Shown here: in pieces, positions 26,289 to 37,121 of the stretch | Layout: the number at the start of each line of letters is the position of its first letter | Position numbering within the stretch: the first letter of the stretch is position 1 | Assembly: GCA_038245295.1 (NCBI GenBank) | Contig: JBBRSP010000003.1 | Location: 96,001 to 160,000 of the forward strand | Source of the DNA: Candidatus Binatia bacterium | GTDB taxonomy: Bacteria > Desulfobacterota > Binatia > HRBIN30 | DNA: 64,000 nt | Direction of reading: 5' to 3' | The notes under the pieces: model-generated | Databases searched by the model: none | Told to the model about the DNA's origin: nothing | The model's input: only the letters and a program-made list of their open reading frames with translations | Program-made: the position numbers and the translations under genes

Positions 26289-28694
26289 TCACGCCGGCCC
26301 ATCGACGGTGCGCACCGTGCGCGCCGCGGGATCATAGATGACATGATCGAGTGTCGGCTGCGTGAATGCCTGTTGTCCGTCGATGAACAAGGAGAAGCCT
26401 TCGGGGATGCCGTCGTAACGCACTTTGCCGTCGGGTCTGTCCCAGACGATACGCAGATCCTTGCCGCGGTAGCGCAGGCGATCGATCAGGAAGTAGTCCC
26501 AATCGCGCGCCATCGGGTAGAGCTCGATCAGCTCGTCGCCACGTGGCGTCAGGCCGACCACCCCTTCGACGATGAGCGACAGATACATCGAATGGAAGTC
26601 ATGGGAGATGTCGGACGGCTTGGGACGCTGCACCGACTGGTTGGGCTCCCACTTCGAGTAGTACTCGTGCACGTTCGGGCGCCACAACGGATCGTAGGGA
26701 TTCACCCGCGGCAACATCAGGGCGTTGTAGCGCTCCATCAGATCCATGAAGTGTTTTGGCGTCACCGCGGTTTGCTTGTAATGCTTGATCGCCTTCAGCA
26801 CCGTGCGCGCGCCCATGCTGATCGGGTGGGGCGCGATGTTGCGGGTCAAGCCGTCCATGTCCCAGGTCCACTTCTTGTAGTGCACGAGGCTGGTGATCAC
26901 CGGCGGATACATGGCCCAGAACTCATTGGGATCGACGAGTTTGTTCAAGGCGCCGACGTAATGCCCGTCGTCGGGGGCGAGCTGCGTGGTGAACGGGAAG
27001 AAACCGTGCAGCTCGCGAATCGGCACGCGTGATTTCGTGTCGACGCTGCGCGGATAGAAAAACTGCGTCTCCGGATCCCACAGGTTCTGCAGGGTCGCGG
27101 TGCGGATCTTGTTGGCGATCTCGGTAAACTCACGCTCGATCGGCAAGTTTCCCGTGAGCTTGGCGAATTCGACCAGAGCACTGGCATTGGCAAATACGAA
27201 GCTGGCGAAGTCGACCCGCTCGAGAGCGGGCGGTTTTCCGTAGATGCTGAGCTTGATGTCGTTGAAATACCAGTACGAGAGGATGTCGAGGTCGTAGCCG
27301 GTGATGCGCGGGCGGTCGCTTTGCGGCAGGCCGTTACTGTCTTCGTCAAAGGTGGTCACCCAGGCACGCACATCGCCGGCCATGGCCGGTAGGAGTTTGC
27401 GCAGGGTTTCGGTTGGAATCGGGTGGACGCGCGAGAATTCGAGCAACGCGGCGGCGGCCCAGTGCGAGTACGATTCACCCCAGTAGGGGCTGCCGGGTGG
27501 ATCTTGAATCGCTCCGGTCGGCGCCAGGTTGCGATAGGCGTTTTCGATCTGGCTCATACCGTACGCCGGATCGCGCAAGTAGGTGAGCTCCTTCATGTGC
27601 ACGGGCGTCGCGAAGGTGATCGGGTTGTCGAACCCGAGCTTGCCTTCATAGAAGCGATAGCCCGAGAGGTCGGGCGTGTTGGCCTCGGTCATGTTGAAGC
27701 GAACGATCCAGGCGCGATAGTACCAGAGGCGTTTGAAGGCGGCGTCGGAGGCGTCGAAGTACGGCACGTTGTCGGCGTACCACTTCTGGTTGGCGCGCCG
27801 GTGTTGTTCGAAAAGGTCGTCGGCGATGCCAACGTTGTCGTTGCTGCGCTTCTCATTCTCATAGCTGGCGGCGATCTGGACTTGCGTCGAGCTGCCGTCC
27901 GCAGGCAACGAGATGTGCCGCCGTAAGTGGATGAGCCCCGTGTCCGTCTTGGTGAAACCGGGTGCATCCAGGTAGATGAACAGAGGCGAGCCCTGGTAGG
28001 CCCCGGCGCCGAGCAGCGGAAACTTCACCTCCTCGCCGCGCGGCATAGGGAGATAGGGAGCGAGCACCTCGATGTCGAGCTCATGCGCTTTCTTATCGGT
28101 ACTCTGCAGCCGCATACTCGAGACGGCGCGGTCATCGTAGGTGATGAACTTCTTCTCTTCGACGTTGACCCCTTCGAGGAAGTACTTCACTGCCGTATGA
28201 CTCGGGAAGCGTTCGATGCCGAAGGCGTTGTCGTAGATGACGACGGGTTTGCCATCGAGGAAAAACGTGACGTCGAACAGTCGCTTGCTGCAGAAGCTCG
28301 AGTGCAGGTAGCAGAACTTGCCCGACATGCCGGGCTGGTAGGTGACCTCCTGGCCCCACAAACGGCGACCGCATGAGAGGAGTAACTTGTCGTCGTCGAG
28401 GAGCAACTCGCGGGCCTGCTGCGTCGGCAAGCCTTGCGGCGGAAACATGAAGACCTGATGGCCGAGGACCGCGTCGATGTAGGCCTCGCCGCCCGCAGCG
28501 GCTGGGAGCTTGGCGTCGGCGGCTTCGTACTTCATCCACGATTCGAACAGCGCTGGCCCCGCCACTTTTACGGGGGGCGGATTTGCGGCCACGGGTGTGG
28601 CGGGTGCTGAGGTGGAGCTCGGCTGACACGCCGTGATCGTCACCGCCGTACCCAAGAGTCCGATGAAGGAAAGGATCCACAGAGTTCGCGTCAC
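26289..28694 (-). CDS. Lipoprotein with probable (alpha/alpha)6 glycoside hydrolase domain (GH63/MGH1-like)
   Basis: Lipobox ITAC; RLWYYRAWI, LWDPETQFFY, LVDPNEFW, HEYYS; C-terminal LRYRGKDLRIVWD beta-domain. Confidence 0.7.
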   Translation of the reverse strand: MTRTLWILSFIGLLGTAVTITACQPSSTSAPATPVAANPPPVKVAGPALFESWMKYEAADAKLPAAAGGEAYIDAVLGHQVFMFPPQGLPTQQARELLLDDDKLLLSCGRRLWGQEVTYQPGMSGKFCYLHSSFCSKRLFDVTFFLDGKPVVIYDNAFGIERFPSHTAVKYFLEGVNVEEKKFITYDDRAVSSMRLQSTDKKAHELDIEVLAPYLPMPRGEEVKFPLLGAGAYQGSPLFIYLDAPGFTKTDTGLIHLRRHISLPADGSSTQVQIAASYENEKRSNDNVGIADDLFEQHRRANQKWYADNVPYFDASDAAFKRLWYYRAWIVRFNMTEANTPDLSGYRFYEGKLGFDNPITFATPVHMKELTYLRDPAYGMSQIENAYRNLAPTGAIQDPPGSPYWGESYSHWAAAALLEFSRVHPIPTETLRKLLPAMAGDVRAWVTTFDEDSNGLPQSDRPRITGYDLDILSYWYFNDIKLSIYGKPPALERVDFASFVFANASALVEFAKLTGNLPIEREFTEIANKIRTATLQNLWDPETQFFYPRSVDTKSRVPIRELHGFFPFTTQLAPDDGHYVGALNKLVDPNEFWAMYPPVITSLVHYKKWTWDMDGLTRNIAPHPISMGARTVLKAIKHYKQTAVTPKHFMDLMERYNALMLPRVNPYDPLWRPNVHEYYSKWEPNQSVQRPKPSDISHDFHSMYLSLIVEGVVGLTPRGDELIELYPMARDWDYFLIDRLRYRGKDLRIVWDRPDGKVRYDGIPEGFSLFIDGQQAFTQPTLDHVIYDPAARTVRTVDGPA

Positions 28695-29683
28695 ACTTCG
28701 CCTCGCAGCTTCAGTCCGGCCTTGTGATAGATCGCATCGATGACTCGCATGTTGCGCACACCGTCTTCCGGGTTGGAAGGCACGCTGCGCCCGTTGCGAA
28801 CCGCCGCCGCGAAGGCGCGCAGTTGGTGCGTGTACGTTGCGTCACCCTGCACGTGTTCGACGCGCGAGCCGCGTTCGTTGCGAACCGTGAGCCGATGATA
28901 GATGTGCGGCGCGATCGGGTTGAAAACCCGCATCTCGCCACGATCGCCGATGGCATGGGCACTCATGCGGAAGAGACTTGCCGACAGTAGCGAGCACAGG
29001 ATTCGCCCGCTGCGGCCGTCGGCGAAAGACATCTCGGCTTCCATGGCGCGGTCGACTTGTGACCGGATCAGCCAGGCCTGGGCGCGAAGCACTTCCGGTT
29101 CGGCGCCGGCCAGGTGGCGGAGAATGTTGATCGCGTAGCAGCCGGTATCCATGGTGGCGCCGCCACCGAGGCTGAATTCGTAGCGGATATTGTTCGGCAT
29201 CGGGAAGGGAATGCAGAACTCGACTTCGATGTGTCGCACGGTTCCGATCTCGCCGTTTTCCAACACTTCCTTCATGCGTGTGGCCAAGGGGTGATAACGC
29301 CAGTGAAAGGCTTCCATGAGGAAGAAGCCCGTGCGCCGGGCCGCCTCAGCCATGCGTTCGGCCTCGGCCGTGTTGTTGGCGAGGGGTTTCTCGCACAAGA
29401 CGTGTTTGCCGGCCTCGAGGGCGCGGATCGTCCAGTCGCAATGGTGGCTGTTCGGCAGTGGGTTGTAGATGGCGTCGATCTCGGGATCGGCGATCAGCGC
29501 CTCGTAGGAAGCGACAACCCGTGGGATACCATGCTTCGAGGCGAACGCTTGAGCGCGTGATGGATCGCGCGCCGCGACAGCGGCAATTTCTACGCCCCGT
29601 ACCTCGCGGGCCGGACGTAGCAACGCCATGGGCGTGATGCGTGCGGCGCCGAGGACACCAATACGAAGGGATCGATCCGCCAT
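28691..29683 (-). CDS. Gfo/Idh/MocA family oxidoreductase
   Basis: IGVLGAARI, IYNPLPNSHH, AGKHVLCEKP and GGGATMDTGCY. Confidence 0.95.
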   Translation of the reverse strand: MADRSLRIGVLGAARITPMALLRPAREVRGVEIAAVAARDPSRAQAFASKHGIPRVVASYEALIADPEIDAIYNPLPNSHHCDWTIRALEAGKHVLCEKPLANNTAEAERMAEAARRTGFFLMEAFHWRYHPLATRMKEVLENGEIGTVRHIEVEFCIPFPMPNNIRYEFSLGGGATMDTGCYAINILRHLAGAEPEVLRAQAWLIRSQVDRAMEAEMSFADGRSGRILCSLLSASLFRMSAHAIGDRGEMRVFNPIAPHIYHRLTVRNERGSRVEHVQGDATYTHQLRAFAAAVRNGRSVPSNPEDGVRNMRVIDAIYHKAGLKLRGEV

Positions 29684-29688
29684 CGAGG

Positions 29689-30165
29689 TTACTTTGCGGC
29701 CGGGTGGTAGAGGACCAGCATCACGTAGATCAAACAGGGGCGCTCTTTGCCGGCGATGTGAACCTGGATCTCCTGCGTCATTTGTGTGCCGGCCGGCTTA
29801 GATTCGACGGCAACGAGGCGCGATCGTGCCTGGATCTTGGACCCGGCGGGCACCGGCGCGGTGAAGCGCAACTTGTCGGCGCCGTAGTTCGTTGCATTGC
29901 CGTACCCAACAATTTGGAAATTGGAGGAGACGCGCAGCTTGGGGATCAGGCTGAGGGTCAGGAAGCCGTGGGCGATCGGCTGTTTGAAGGGGCTTTCTCG
30001 CTTGCAGCGTTCTACATCAACGTGGATCCACTGATGATCGCCGGTAAGGTCGGCGAACTTGTTGATCATGTCCTGGGTTACTTCGAACTCGGGGCCGAAT
30101 GGTCCGAAGCTTTCGCTCACCTTGCTGCGCAGCTTCTCGATATCATCAAACCGAATCTCTTCCAT
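29689..30165 (-). CDS. MaoC family (R)-hydratase/dehydratase
   Basis: SD AGGAGG; FADLTGDHQWIHVD, IAHGFLTLSL and NYGADKLRF. Confidence 0.93.
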   Translation of the reverse strand: MEEIRFDDIEKLRSKVSESFGPFGPEFEVTQDMINKFADLTGDHQWIHVDVERCKRESPFKQPIAHGFLTLSLIPKLRVSSNFQIVGYGNATNYGADKLRFTAPVPAGSKIQARSRLVAVESKPAGTQMTQEIQVHIAGKERPCLIYVMLVLYHPAAK

Positions 30166-30294
30166 GGGAATGGTCCTCCTAAAGATATGTGGGGCCGTTT
30201 CTAGTCCAGGCCGAACCCTACGCCAAGCGGTTGTCACGATTCGTGCAGTGTACTTGGCTTATGTATGCCGAGGCGTACGGACGATGGAGGCTGT

Positions 30295-32835
30295 GTGAAG
30301 ACGTTGAATTGGCAAATAGTCCTGTCCCTCTGGCTGACCCTGTGGGCAGTGCGAGCCAACGCCTTGAGTGCGTGTAGTGCCGGCGACATCGCCGCCCAGG
30401 ATCCCGGATGCGGCGGCAGCGGTGCGTGTATCGTGACGCAGTCGTTCAATATTGCCGGCGGGTGCAATTTCGATTTTGGTCAGAGGTCGGTTCACATGAG
30501 CAGCGCGGCCGTCCTCCGGGTTGGCTCTCCGGTGTCGCTGCAAGCGGCCAGTCTCTCCATGGCGCCTGGCGCGTTGATCGACGGTAGCGGTTCGGCTGCG
30601 GCCGGCGACGGCGCGCAGCTCACGATCACGATGTCCGGAGCGATTACGATGCAGGGCACCGGCACGGTGCACTCGTCGATCAACGTGTCCGGGAACAATG
30701 GTGGAACGCTCCTCTTGTCTGGCTCCACTCTCGGCTTGCTGGGGCAGATCCGTGCTGATGGAACCAGCGCCACCGGTGGTACCTTGGCTTTGCTCGGCGC
30801 CCGCGGCGTCCAGGTGCTTGATACGATCAGCGCAAATGGCTCGAGCGCGGCTGCCGGCAACGGTGGTGGCATCACGATTGGCACGACGCTTGGCGACGTG
30901 ACGGTCAGCTCCAGCGTACAGGCGAAGGGTGGGGCTCCCGGTGGAATCGGTGGCGCGATTACGATCGAGGCGCAACACACTTTCGAGTTACAGAGCACCG
31001 GCTCCCTCTCGGCGCGCAGTGATGGCTCGCAGGGCGGCGGCGGGTCGGTGAGCGTGACAGCGCAGGGCATCAGCACGGCCGCTTTGATCGATGTCAGCGG
31101 GGGTTTCGAAGCTGGGACGGTGACGTTGAGTGCAAAGGGCAACATCACGCTCGACGGGCCGATTGATGCGACGGGGCGGGCCGCCGAAGGTATTGGCGGC
31201 GCGATCAGTGTCACAGCCGGAGACGGAGCTGCGGGCACACTGGTGGTGAAGAAGGACCTGAATGTTGGCGGCGGGAGCTGCGATCCGGATGCCTGTGGCG
31301 ACGCCGGACTGATCGACCTCGAAGGGTGCGTGATCGATATCCAGGCAAGCAGCAGTCTGTTGGCGCGCGCCCCGGGCGATGGCGGTGAGATTGGTCTCCA
31401 GGCGCGTCGTCAGTTGACGATCAGCGGCACGGTGAGCGCGGTGACGACTTCGGCCGGCGGGATCGATGGTGATAACACCTTGACCTATCCGATCGGCACG
31501 ACACCCAGCGTGAGCGGCGTGGTTCATCCGGATGCGGTAGCGGTGACGCAGCCGCTTTGCGCCTCGCTCACCGACACGGCCTGCCTGATTCCGTGTCCAA
31601 CGTGTGGCAACGGGCTGGTTGAATTTCCGGAGACCTGCGACGGCAGCAACACAGTCAATTGCGATGGATGTTCATCGTTTTGCGACGTCGAGACGTGTGG
31701 TCCGGGTGTGCCATGTCGCGAGACGTGTGATCCAACCTACGGCTGCGCCGTTGGTACTCCTTGCGTGCTGACGCCGACGCCGACGCCGACATCGACGCCG
31801 ACCGTGACGGTGACGTCGACGCCGAGCCATACACTTGCGCCCGGCGTGCCCACCTATACGCCGACGCAGACACCGACTGTGACGAAGACGCCGACCGCAA
31901 CGGCAACAATCACGTCGACGAAGACCCGCACGGCGACGCCGACCAACTCGCCAACCGTCACGCCGACGCCAACCCCGGTGACGCGCCACGATGCCTGGGT
32001 GCAGGCGCCGCGGCCGCTAAACATCAAGATCAGATCCGGCAGCGTAGCGGTCACCAAGCAACTGCGCGTGCGGGTATGGAACGGCAACATTGCGCCGTTG
32101 GATGCTCAAGCAATTCCGATTCAATTGATCGTCACGTCGAGCGATTGTCCCGCCGGTACGGTGGGGCTGCCTGACTTTGTCCGTTCGACGCCCGGCGCCG
32201 ATGATCATGTGAATCTGGCTGGGGGAGCTTCGGCGTCCGCGGTTGTACCGCTGACGTTCCGGGCCGACAGCTTCAAGTCCCTCAGCTTCCGTTCTCCGGT
32301 ACGCTGTACCGTGATGATCGAGGCCCGGGTCGACTTGGCCGGCAATCAAGACCCAACGCCTGACAACAACATCGTGCCGGTCGAGTTGAATGTCGTGGAT
32401 GCCAACGATGCCGATGTCTTATTGCCCGAGCAATCGGCGGCGTTGAGTGCCAAGCCGCTCCAGATCCGCATCCCGAAGGGTGGATCGAGTGTCCAGAAGA
32501 ACGCCTTTGTGAAGGTAGCCAACGTATCCACCGGGCCGCTCAGCTACTCGTTGGTTTCTGTCTTAGCGGGGGCGGGGGACTGTCCCGCCGGAACGATCGG
32601 TGCGGTCGTCTTGGACCCCAACAATGTGCCTCCGATGCAGACCTTTCTGGCGAGCGGTCAACAGCGGCGGGCGAAAGTGACGTTGCTCTTGGATGCCAAG
32701 GATTTTCCGACGGCGCTGAAGGAGCGGCCGCGCCGTTGCATCGTGACGGTCACGGTGAGCGGTTCCCTCGCAGACCTCGATCCGTCGAATGACGCGACGT
32801 TACTGACGCTGGACATCAGCGACAGCAACTTGTGA
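30295..32835 (+). CDS. Large secreted protein: Gly-rich beta-helix-like region, Myxococcus-type Cys-rich repeat, Thr/Pro linker, duplicated C-terminal domain
   Basis: Signal peptide ending ANA; repeated GGxITI motifs; [14 protein letters not shown]...DGCSSFC; (TP)n; two DCPAGT-containing repeats. Confidence 0.85.
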   Translation: MKTLNWQIVLSLWLTLWAVRANALSACSAGDIAAQDPGCGGSGACIVTQSFNIAGGCNFDFGQRSVHMSSAAVLRVGSPVSLQAASLSMAPGALIDGSGSAAAGDGAQLTITMSGAITMQGTGTVHSSINVSGNNGGTLLLSGSTLGLLGQIRADGTSATGGTLALLGARGVQVLDTISANGSSAAAGNGGGITIGTTLGDVTVSSSVQAKGGAPGGIGGAITIEAQHTFELQSTGSLSARSDGSQGGGGSVSVTAQGISTAALIDVSGGFEAGTVTLSAKGNITLDGPIDATGRAAEGIGGAISVTAGDGAAGTLVVKKDLNVGGGSCDPDACGDAGLIDLEGCVIDIQASSSLLARAPGDGGEIGLQARRQLTISGTVSAVTTSAGGIDGDNTLTYPIGTTPSVSGVVHPDAVAVTQPLCASLTDTACLIPCPTCGNGLVEFPETCDGSNTVNCDGCSSFCDVETCGPGVPCRETCDPTYGCAVGTPCVLTPTPTPTSTPTVTVTSTPSHTLAPGVPTYTPTQTPTVTKTPTATATITSTKTRTATPTNSPTVTPTPTPVTRHDAWVQAPRPLNIKIRSGSVAVTKQLRVRVWNGNIAPLDAQAIPIQLIVTSSDCPAGTVGLPDFVRSTPGADDHVNLAGGASASAVVPLTFRADSFKSLSFRSPVRCTVMIEARVDLAGNQDPTPDNNIVPVELNVVDANDADVLLPEQSAALSAKPLQIRIPKGGSSVQKNAFVKVANVSTGPLSYSLVSVLAGAGDCPAGTIGAVVLDPNNVPPMQTFLASGQQRRAKVTLLLDAKDFPTALKERPRRCIVTVTVSGSLADLDPSNDATLLTLDISDSNL

Positions 32836-32842
32836 GAACGAA

Positions 32843-34168
32843 TTAACGAACCGCGTAGACGCAGCCGCCCAGCGTCGCGACGTAGATCGTCGCGTTTCCA
32901 TTGGTATCGCGCGTTACCGCGGGGGAGGAAACGATGGACCCACCGGCGAGGGGGATCACCGTCGGGGTTCCGGCGGTTGTACCCTCGTCCTCGACGACGA
33001 GCAGCCCACGGTTATCCGTGCCGAAGACGATGACACGTTTACCAGCGCTGTCGACCAGGACGGCGGGAGACGAATGAACTGTTGTGCCAAGGTCGAGGCC
33101 CCAACTCGGCGCACCCGACGATTTGTTTCTGGCAAACAACTCGTTTCCACCGGCGATGTAGAGGTGATCGCCGGCAAGCGCCGGAGAGGCGACCACCGGG
33201 CCGTTAACCTTGACGGCGTAGTCGACCACACCCTGAGCCCGAATCCGGTACAGATGGCCGTCCTGGTCAACGGGGTAGACGATATTGTCGGTCGGTAGGG
33301 CTGCATCGTAGTCATCGATCAGTACGGCGGTCGAAACCGGGGCTGCGGTAGCAATGGCCCAGAAGATCCGCCCGGTTGAATTGAAGGCCCGTACCTGGTT
33401 GTCGGCGCTGCCGGCGTAGATCGTATTGTTCCGATCCACTCCAGGGGTGCTCGACACAGGGTCGGGGAATGAGTCGCCGAAACGTAGGACGCCGTTCGGG
33501 CAGAAGCCGGCGAAGATGCCGCCGGTGGAGCCAAGAAAAACGGTTCCATCGGCGGTGATGTTGGGTGAGCCCAAGCCAATCCCGGTGATCAACGCGGGCC
33601 AGACTGTCGCTTCCGTCGTGCCGGTTTTGTTCACGTGGAACAGCGAGCCACCCTCAGACGAGAAGAACAGCGCGTCGTCGTCCGGACCGCCACGGGTGAC
33701 CGCTATGGCCGTGCTGTGGATGGCGAAATCCGTCTGGAAGGAGAAGTTGTCGGTGGGCAACTTCGCGCCGGTGCTTGGATCGAGTGCGTACATCCGGCCG
33801 TTTTGATTGCCGATGAATAGGCGCTTGTCGCCTTTGCTGAAGACTGGCGAGGCGACGAACTGTTCGAAGGGCGGATTCTCACCATCGCCCTGGCATGCCG
33901 CATCCAGAGCCGCGCAGGCGTCGGGGGAGTCATAGGTGCAGGATTCATTCGTGTGGGCACGAAACACCCAGACGGGCTTCGGGGCTGGGGCGAGGGACGT
34001 ATTTTCGATGCGACCGGTGTTCTGGACGTCGTGCCGGAATTTGGGCCAGCTGGATGCAGCCAGGGTAGACCCGGGATCGAATTCGCAATGAATCGTTGAA
34101 CCGCCGCCGCTGCTGCAGCCGATCGTCGTGGCGAGGACAGCGAAAAGCAATATGGACGTATGTTTCAT
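32843..34168 (-). CDS. PQQ-like beta-propeller lipoprotein
   Basis: Lipobox TIGC; WPKFRHDVQNTG; repeated SSPA/STP...YALD blades. Confidence 0.85.
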   Translation of the reverse strand: MKHTSILLFAVLATTIGCSSGGGSTIHCEFDPGSTLAASSWPKFRHDVQNTGRIENTSLAPAPKPVWVFRAHTNESCTYDSPDACAALDAACQGDGENPPFEQFVASPVFSKGDKRLFIGNQNGRMYALDPSTGAKLPTDNFSFQTDFAIHSTAIAVTRGGPDDDALFFSSEGGSLFHVNKTGTTEATVWPALITGIGLGSPNITADGTVFLGSTGGIFAGFCPNGVLRFGDSFPDPVSSTPGVDRNNTIYAGSADNQVRAFNSTGRIFWAIATAAPVSTAVLIDDYDAALPTDNIVYPVDQDGHLYRIRAQGVVDYAVKVNGPVVASPALAGDHLYIAGGNELFARNKSSGAPSWGLDLGTTVHSSPAVLVDSAGKRVIVFGTDNRGLLVVEDEGTTAGTPTVIPLAGGSIVSSPAVTRDTNGNATIYVATLGGCVYAVR

Positions 34169-35697
34169 GATCCCCTGATGCGGAACATGCCGCGGCTGGT
34201 GCCGATCCAAATTGTCCCGTCCGCGGCCATTGCCGGTGACGACAGGATGGCTTCTCCATCCGTCAGCACCAACGGCGAGTTGCTGCGCAGTTCGAGAGTG
34301 GTTGCATCAAGCGCATACAATCGCCCCGTATCGGTGGCGAAGACGAGAGTTCCCTCAAATGTGGTGATCGGCGAGGACAATACGTTCCCCTCGATTGTCG
34401 GGATGAGGTCGCTGTCGATCACTGCTCCGGTGCGTGTTGTAATGATCTTCACCTTGCCGCTGCGCGTGACGGCGAAGAGGGTGGAGTCCGTAAGGGATGG
34501 CGTGACCGATATCGTAGGCGACGCGGTTGCCGTCGCCGTGGCGGTTATCGTCCGCACCACCGTGCTGGTGGGAGGAGGCGTCGGGGTCGGCGTCTGGGTC
34601 GGTGTTGCGCTGGCGCTCACCGCCGTGGCGGTCGGCGTCTCGGTGGGTTCCAGTTGGATACTGAGTAGCGCGGTCCCGACAAACTCCTCGTTGCTGAACG
34701 TATTGTGCCACACGATGGTGCGGCCGTCCTGAGTAAGCGCCCAGGCTTCGGCGGTGGTGGTGGTCGCGTTGGTGTCGGGGTTGGTCGTGGTGCTCGTGCC
34801 GGTTGCAAAGGTCAATGCGTTGCCTACCATCGGCGACATCGTCCACGTAGAATCCGGGTGACGCAGCGGGCCAAGAGCCCGGCGCCAGAGCAGCGTGCCA
34901 TGGGTTGTCAGCGCGACGAGCTCACCGTTGGCTTCTGGCTCGCCCGGCGGGGGCAGGCCGTCGACCGAGAGAATGATGAAGTCGCCGGTGGCCGAGGCGG
35001 CCTTGCTGGTGACCGGGCCGATTGGCCGGCCGTTCTCGCCGGAATACTCCCACAGTAAGGAACCGTTTCCGGTGACCGCGTAGATTTTGCCGTACGGTGC
35101 GGCCGGTGCCGGTGGCGTGATTTTGGCCCCAAGGATGATTGCGGTGATGTCTAGAGTGGCGGAATTGATCAATACGAGTGGCGAAGAAACGAAGGAGACC
35201 GTCGCGCCGGGGACGCTCGGCTGAAAGCAGAATTGGCAGGTGCCGGAGGTTCCGTGGTCTTGGAAGACGAGAAGTTTGCCGTCGTCGGACCCGACCGACA
35301 GCGTCGGCACGTCGCGTATGATCGCCAGCGCGGCCGACGAATGAATCGCTCCCAGAGTGGGGCAGGCGGCGTTGCATTGGTCGGTCTTCCATTTGAGGGC
35401 GGTTCCGTCAGCCCGAATCGCGGCGAACGTGCCACCCTCGGTGCCTACATAGACGTCGCCACCCACGCCAATCGCCGCGGTGGCGGAGACGGCGCTGCCG
35501 TCGATCTCGATTGGCGTTGGTGCAGTCGCAGGCAGGCCGACAAAATCATCGATCGAGGCACCCGAATTCGAGCTGTCGTGACGGAAGGATCCCCAAGGGA
35601 TCGTCGGAGGGATCGGTGCGCTGCTGCCCCCACCACTGGAACACGCAGCGCACAAGGCGGCGAGTGCCAATGCTGCTACGGAGCGCCGAATCATCAT
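34165..35697 (-). CDS. PQQ-like beta-propeller lipoprotein with Thr/Pro insert
   Basis: Lipobox CAAC; WGSFRHDSSNSG; SSP blades; internal TPT tract. Confidence 0.85.
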   Translation of the reverse strand: MMIRRSVAALALAALCAACSSGGGSSAPIPPTIPWGSFRHDSSNSGASIDDFVGLPATAPTPIEIDGSAVSATAAIGVGGDVYVGTEGGTFAAIRADGTALKWKTDQCNAACPTLGAIHSSAALAIIRDVPTLSVGSDDGKLLVFQDHGTSGTCQFCFQPSVPGATVSFVSSPLVLINSATLDITAIILGAKITPPAPAAPYGKIYAVTGNGSLLWEYSGENGRPIGPVTSKAASATGDFIILSVDGLPPPGEPEANGELVALTTHGTLLWRRALGPLRHPDSTWTMSPMVGNALTFATGTSTTTNPDTNATTTTAEAWALTQDGRTIVWHNTFSNEEFVGTALLSIQLEPTETPTATAVSASATPTQTPTPTPPPTSTVVRTITATATATASPTISVTPSLTDSTLFAVTRSGKVKIITTRTGAVIDSDLIPTIEGNVLSSPITTFEGTLVFATDTGRLYALDATTLELRSNSPLVLTDGEAILSSPAMAADGTIWIGTSRGMFRIRGS

Positions 35698-35746
35698 CGG
35701 CGGGGACTTCGCACAGGGATAGTCGAACTGCAATCCCAGGTTGGCT

Positions 35747-36307
35747 TCAGCCGATGCGGCGCTGCGCCACGAGCTGCGCGATGTGGGCTGTCGCATCACG
35801 GCTCAGGCCCTCATAGGAATGGAGAATGTCCCAAGTATCAAACTCGCTGCGCAGCTCCCCGGGCCGAAGCAGGAAGGCTGGGTTGCGCGGATGGCCAAGC
35901 GCAGCTTGTTCGATGGTGAAGGTTTCGAACACGACAATTCCGCCAGGCCGGACCGCTTCTTTGATCGGTCGCCAAAGGTTGCGCTGCAGATACCGAAAGT
36001 TCAACACAACACCGTAGCGCGAGCGCGGTAGCGGGAATTCCTCGAGATCGGCTTGGACCGCGAGCAGCCGGAGCCTCTCGTCGCGGCCTACACGCACCGC
36101 CCGCGCCAGGGGAGTGTGGGCGAGATCAATGAGATCGACATCGTGCCCGCGGCGCGCCAGGTGCAAGCCATTCTGGCCGGCGCCGCAGGCGAGGTCGAGG
36201 ACGCGCCCCTGAAGCACCGTTTCGTAGTCGCGCAGGAGCTGGGCTGGCGGAGGTTCGCCTACGTCCCTGCTGTACGTTGCATCCCACTTTTCGCGAGTCG
36301 AGGTCAT
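35747..36307 (-). CDS. Class I SAM-dependent methyltransferase (TehB-like)
   Basis: VLDLACGAGQNGL, NFRYLQR and FLLRPGEL. Confidence 0.9.
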   Translation of the reverse strand: MTSTREKWDATYSRDVGEPPPAQLLRDYETVLQGRVLDLACGAGQNGLHLARRGHDVDLIDLAHTPLARAVRVGRDERLRLLAVQADLEEFPLPRSRYGVVLNFRYLQRNLWRPIKEAVRPGGIVVFETFTIEQAALGHPRNPAFLLRPGELRSEFDTWDILHSYEGLSRDATAHIAQLVAQRRIG

Positions 36308-37039
36308 TTAGAGAACCGCCCGGGCGAGCACCAAGACATCCACGATGGTCGCGCCGTGGCGGCACAGAACGCGAGCGCACTCGTTGACCGTGGCGCCAGT
36401 CGTCATGACATCGTCGACGAGGAGAATTCGCCGTTCCCGGATTGCGTCGGGTCGGCGAACTCCAAACGCACCACGGACGTTTGATTGACGTTCGGAGGCC
36501 GACAACTCGACCTGAGGGCGCGTCGCCTGGCAGCGCTCGAGGGCCAACGGTTCGACGGGCGCGTCGTAATGCCGTGCGAGGTGACGTGCCAGCAGCAGCG
36601 CCTGGTTGAAACCGCGCCAGCGCAACCGTTCGAGATGCAAAGGGACGGGGAGGATGATGTCGTAAGCCGCGTCCTTTGGAGCTCTCTCTTTAATGAGGTC
36701 GGCGAAGGGACGGGCTAGCCAGAGATGGCGGCCGTATTTGTGCCGTTGGATGGCGTCGCGCAATGGTCGCGGTTGTGTCTCGATGGAATCGTACGCGGCA
36801 CACGCGCGTGCACGGCGAAACGCCGGGCGCTGCTGGATGCATCGACCGCAGCGGTGATCATTGCCGGCACGGGAGGGAAACGGCGTCCCGCAGATCAAAC
36901 AAAAAGGACTGTCGATCCTTGGTGTTAAGCGTTCACAGCGATCGCACAATCCTGGGCCCACCACGGCGCCGCCGCAGAGGCAGCTGAACGGATACAGGAG
37001 GTCGACGCATGACTTCGCAAGGCGGACAAACACGATCAC
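36308..37039 (-). CDS. comF: ComF family protein (double zinc ribbon + PRTase)
   Basis: Four CxxC-type pairs; PVPLH...RGFNQA; LLVDDVMTTGAT. Confidence 0.93.
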   Translation of the reverse strand: MIVFVRLAKSCVDLLYPFSCLCGGAVVGPGLCDRCERLTPRIDSPFCLICGTPFPSRAGNDHRCGRCIQQRPAFRRARACAAYDSIETQPRPLRDAIQRHKYGRHLWLARPFADLIKERAPKDAAYDIILPVPLHLERLRWRGFNQALLLARHLARHYDAPVEPLALERCQATRPQVELSASERQSNVRGAFGVRRPDAIRERRILLVDDVMTTGATVNECARVLCRHGATIVDVLVLARAVL

Positions 37040-37121
37040 CCTATGCTACGGGCAAGTCTACGGGCGTGCAACTCAGGCTGGAGACTTGCATGACCGAGCC
37101 TGGTCGCTAAAGCCGACGACT

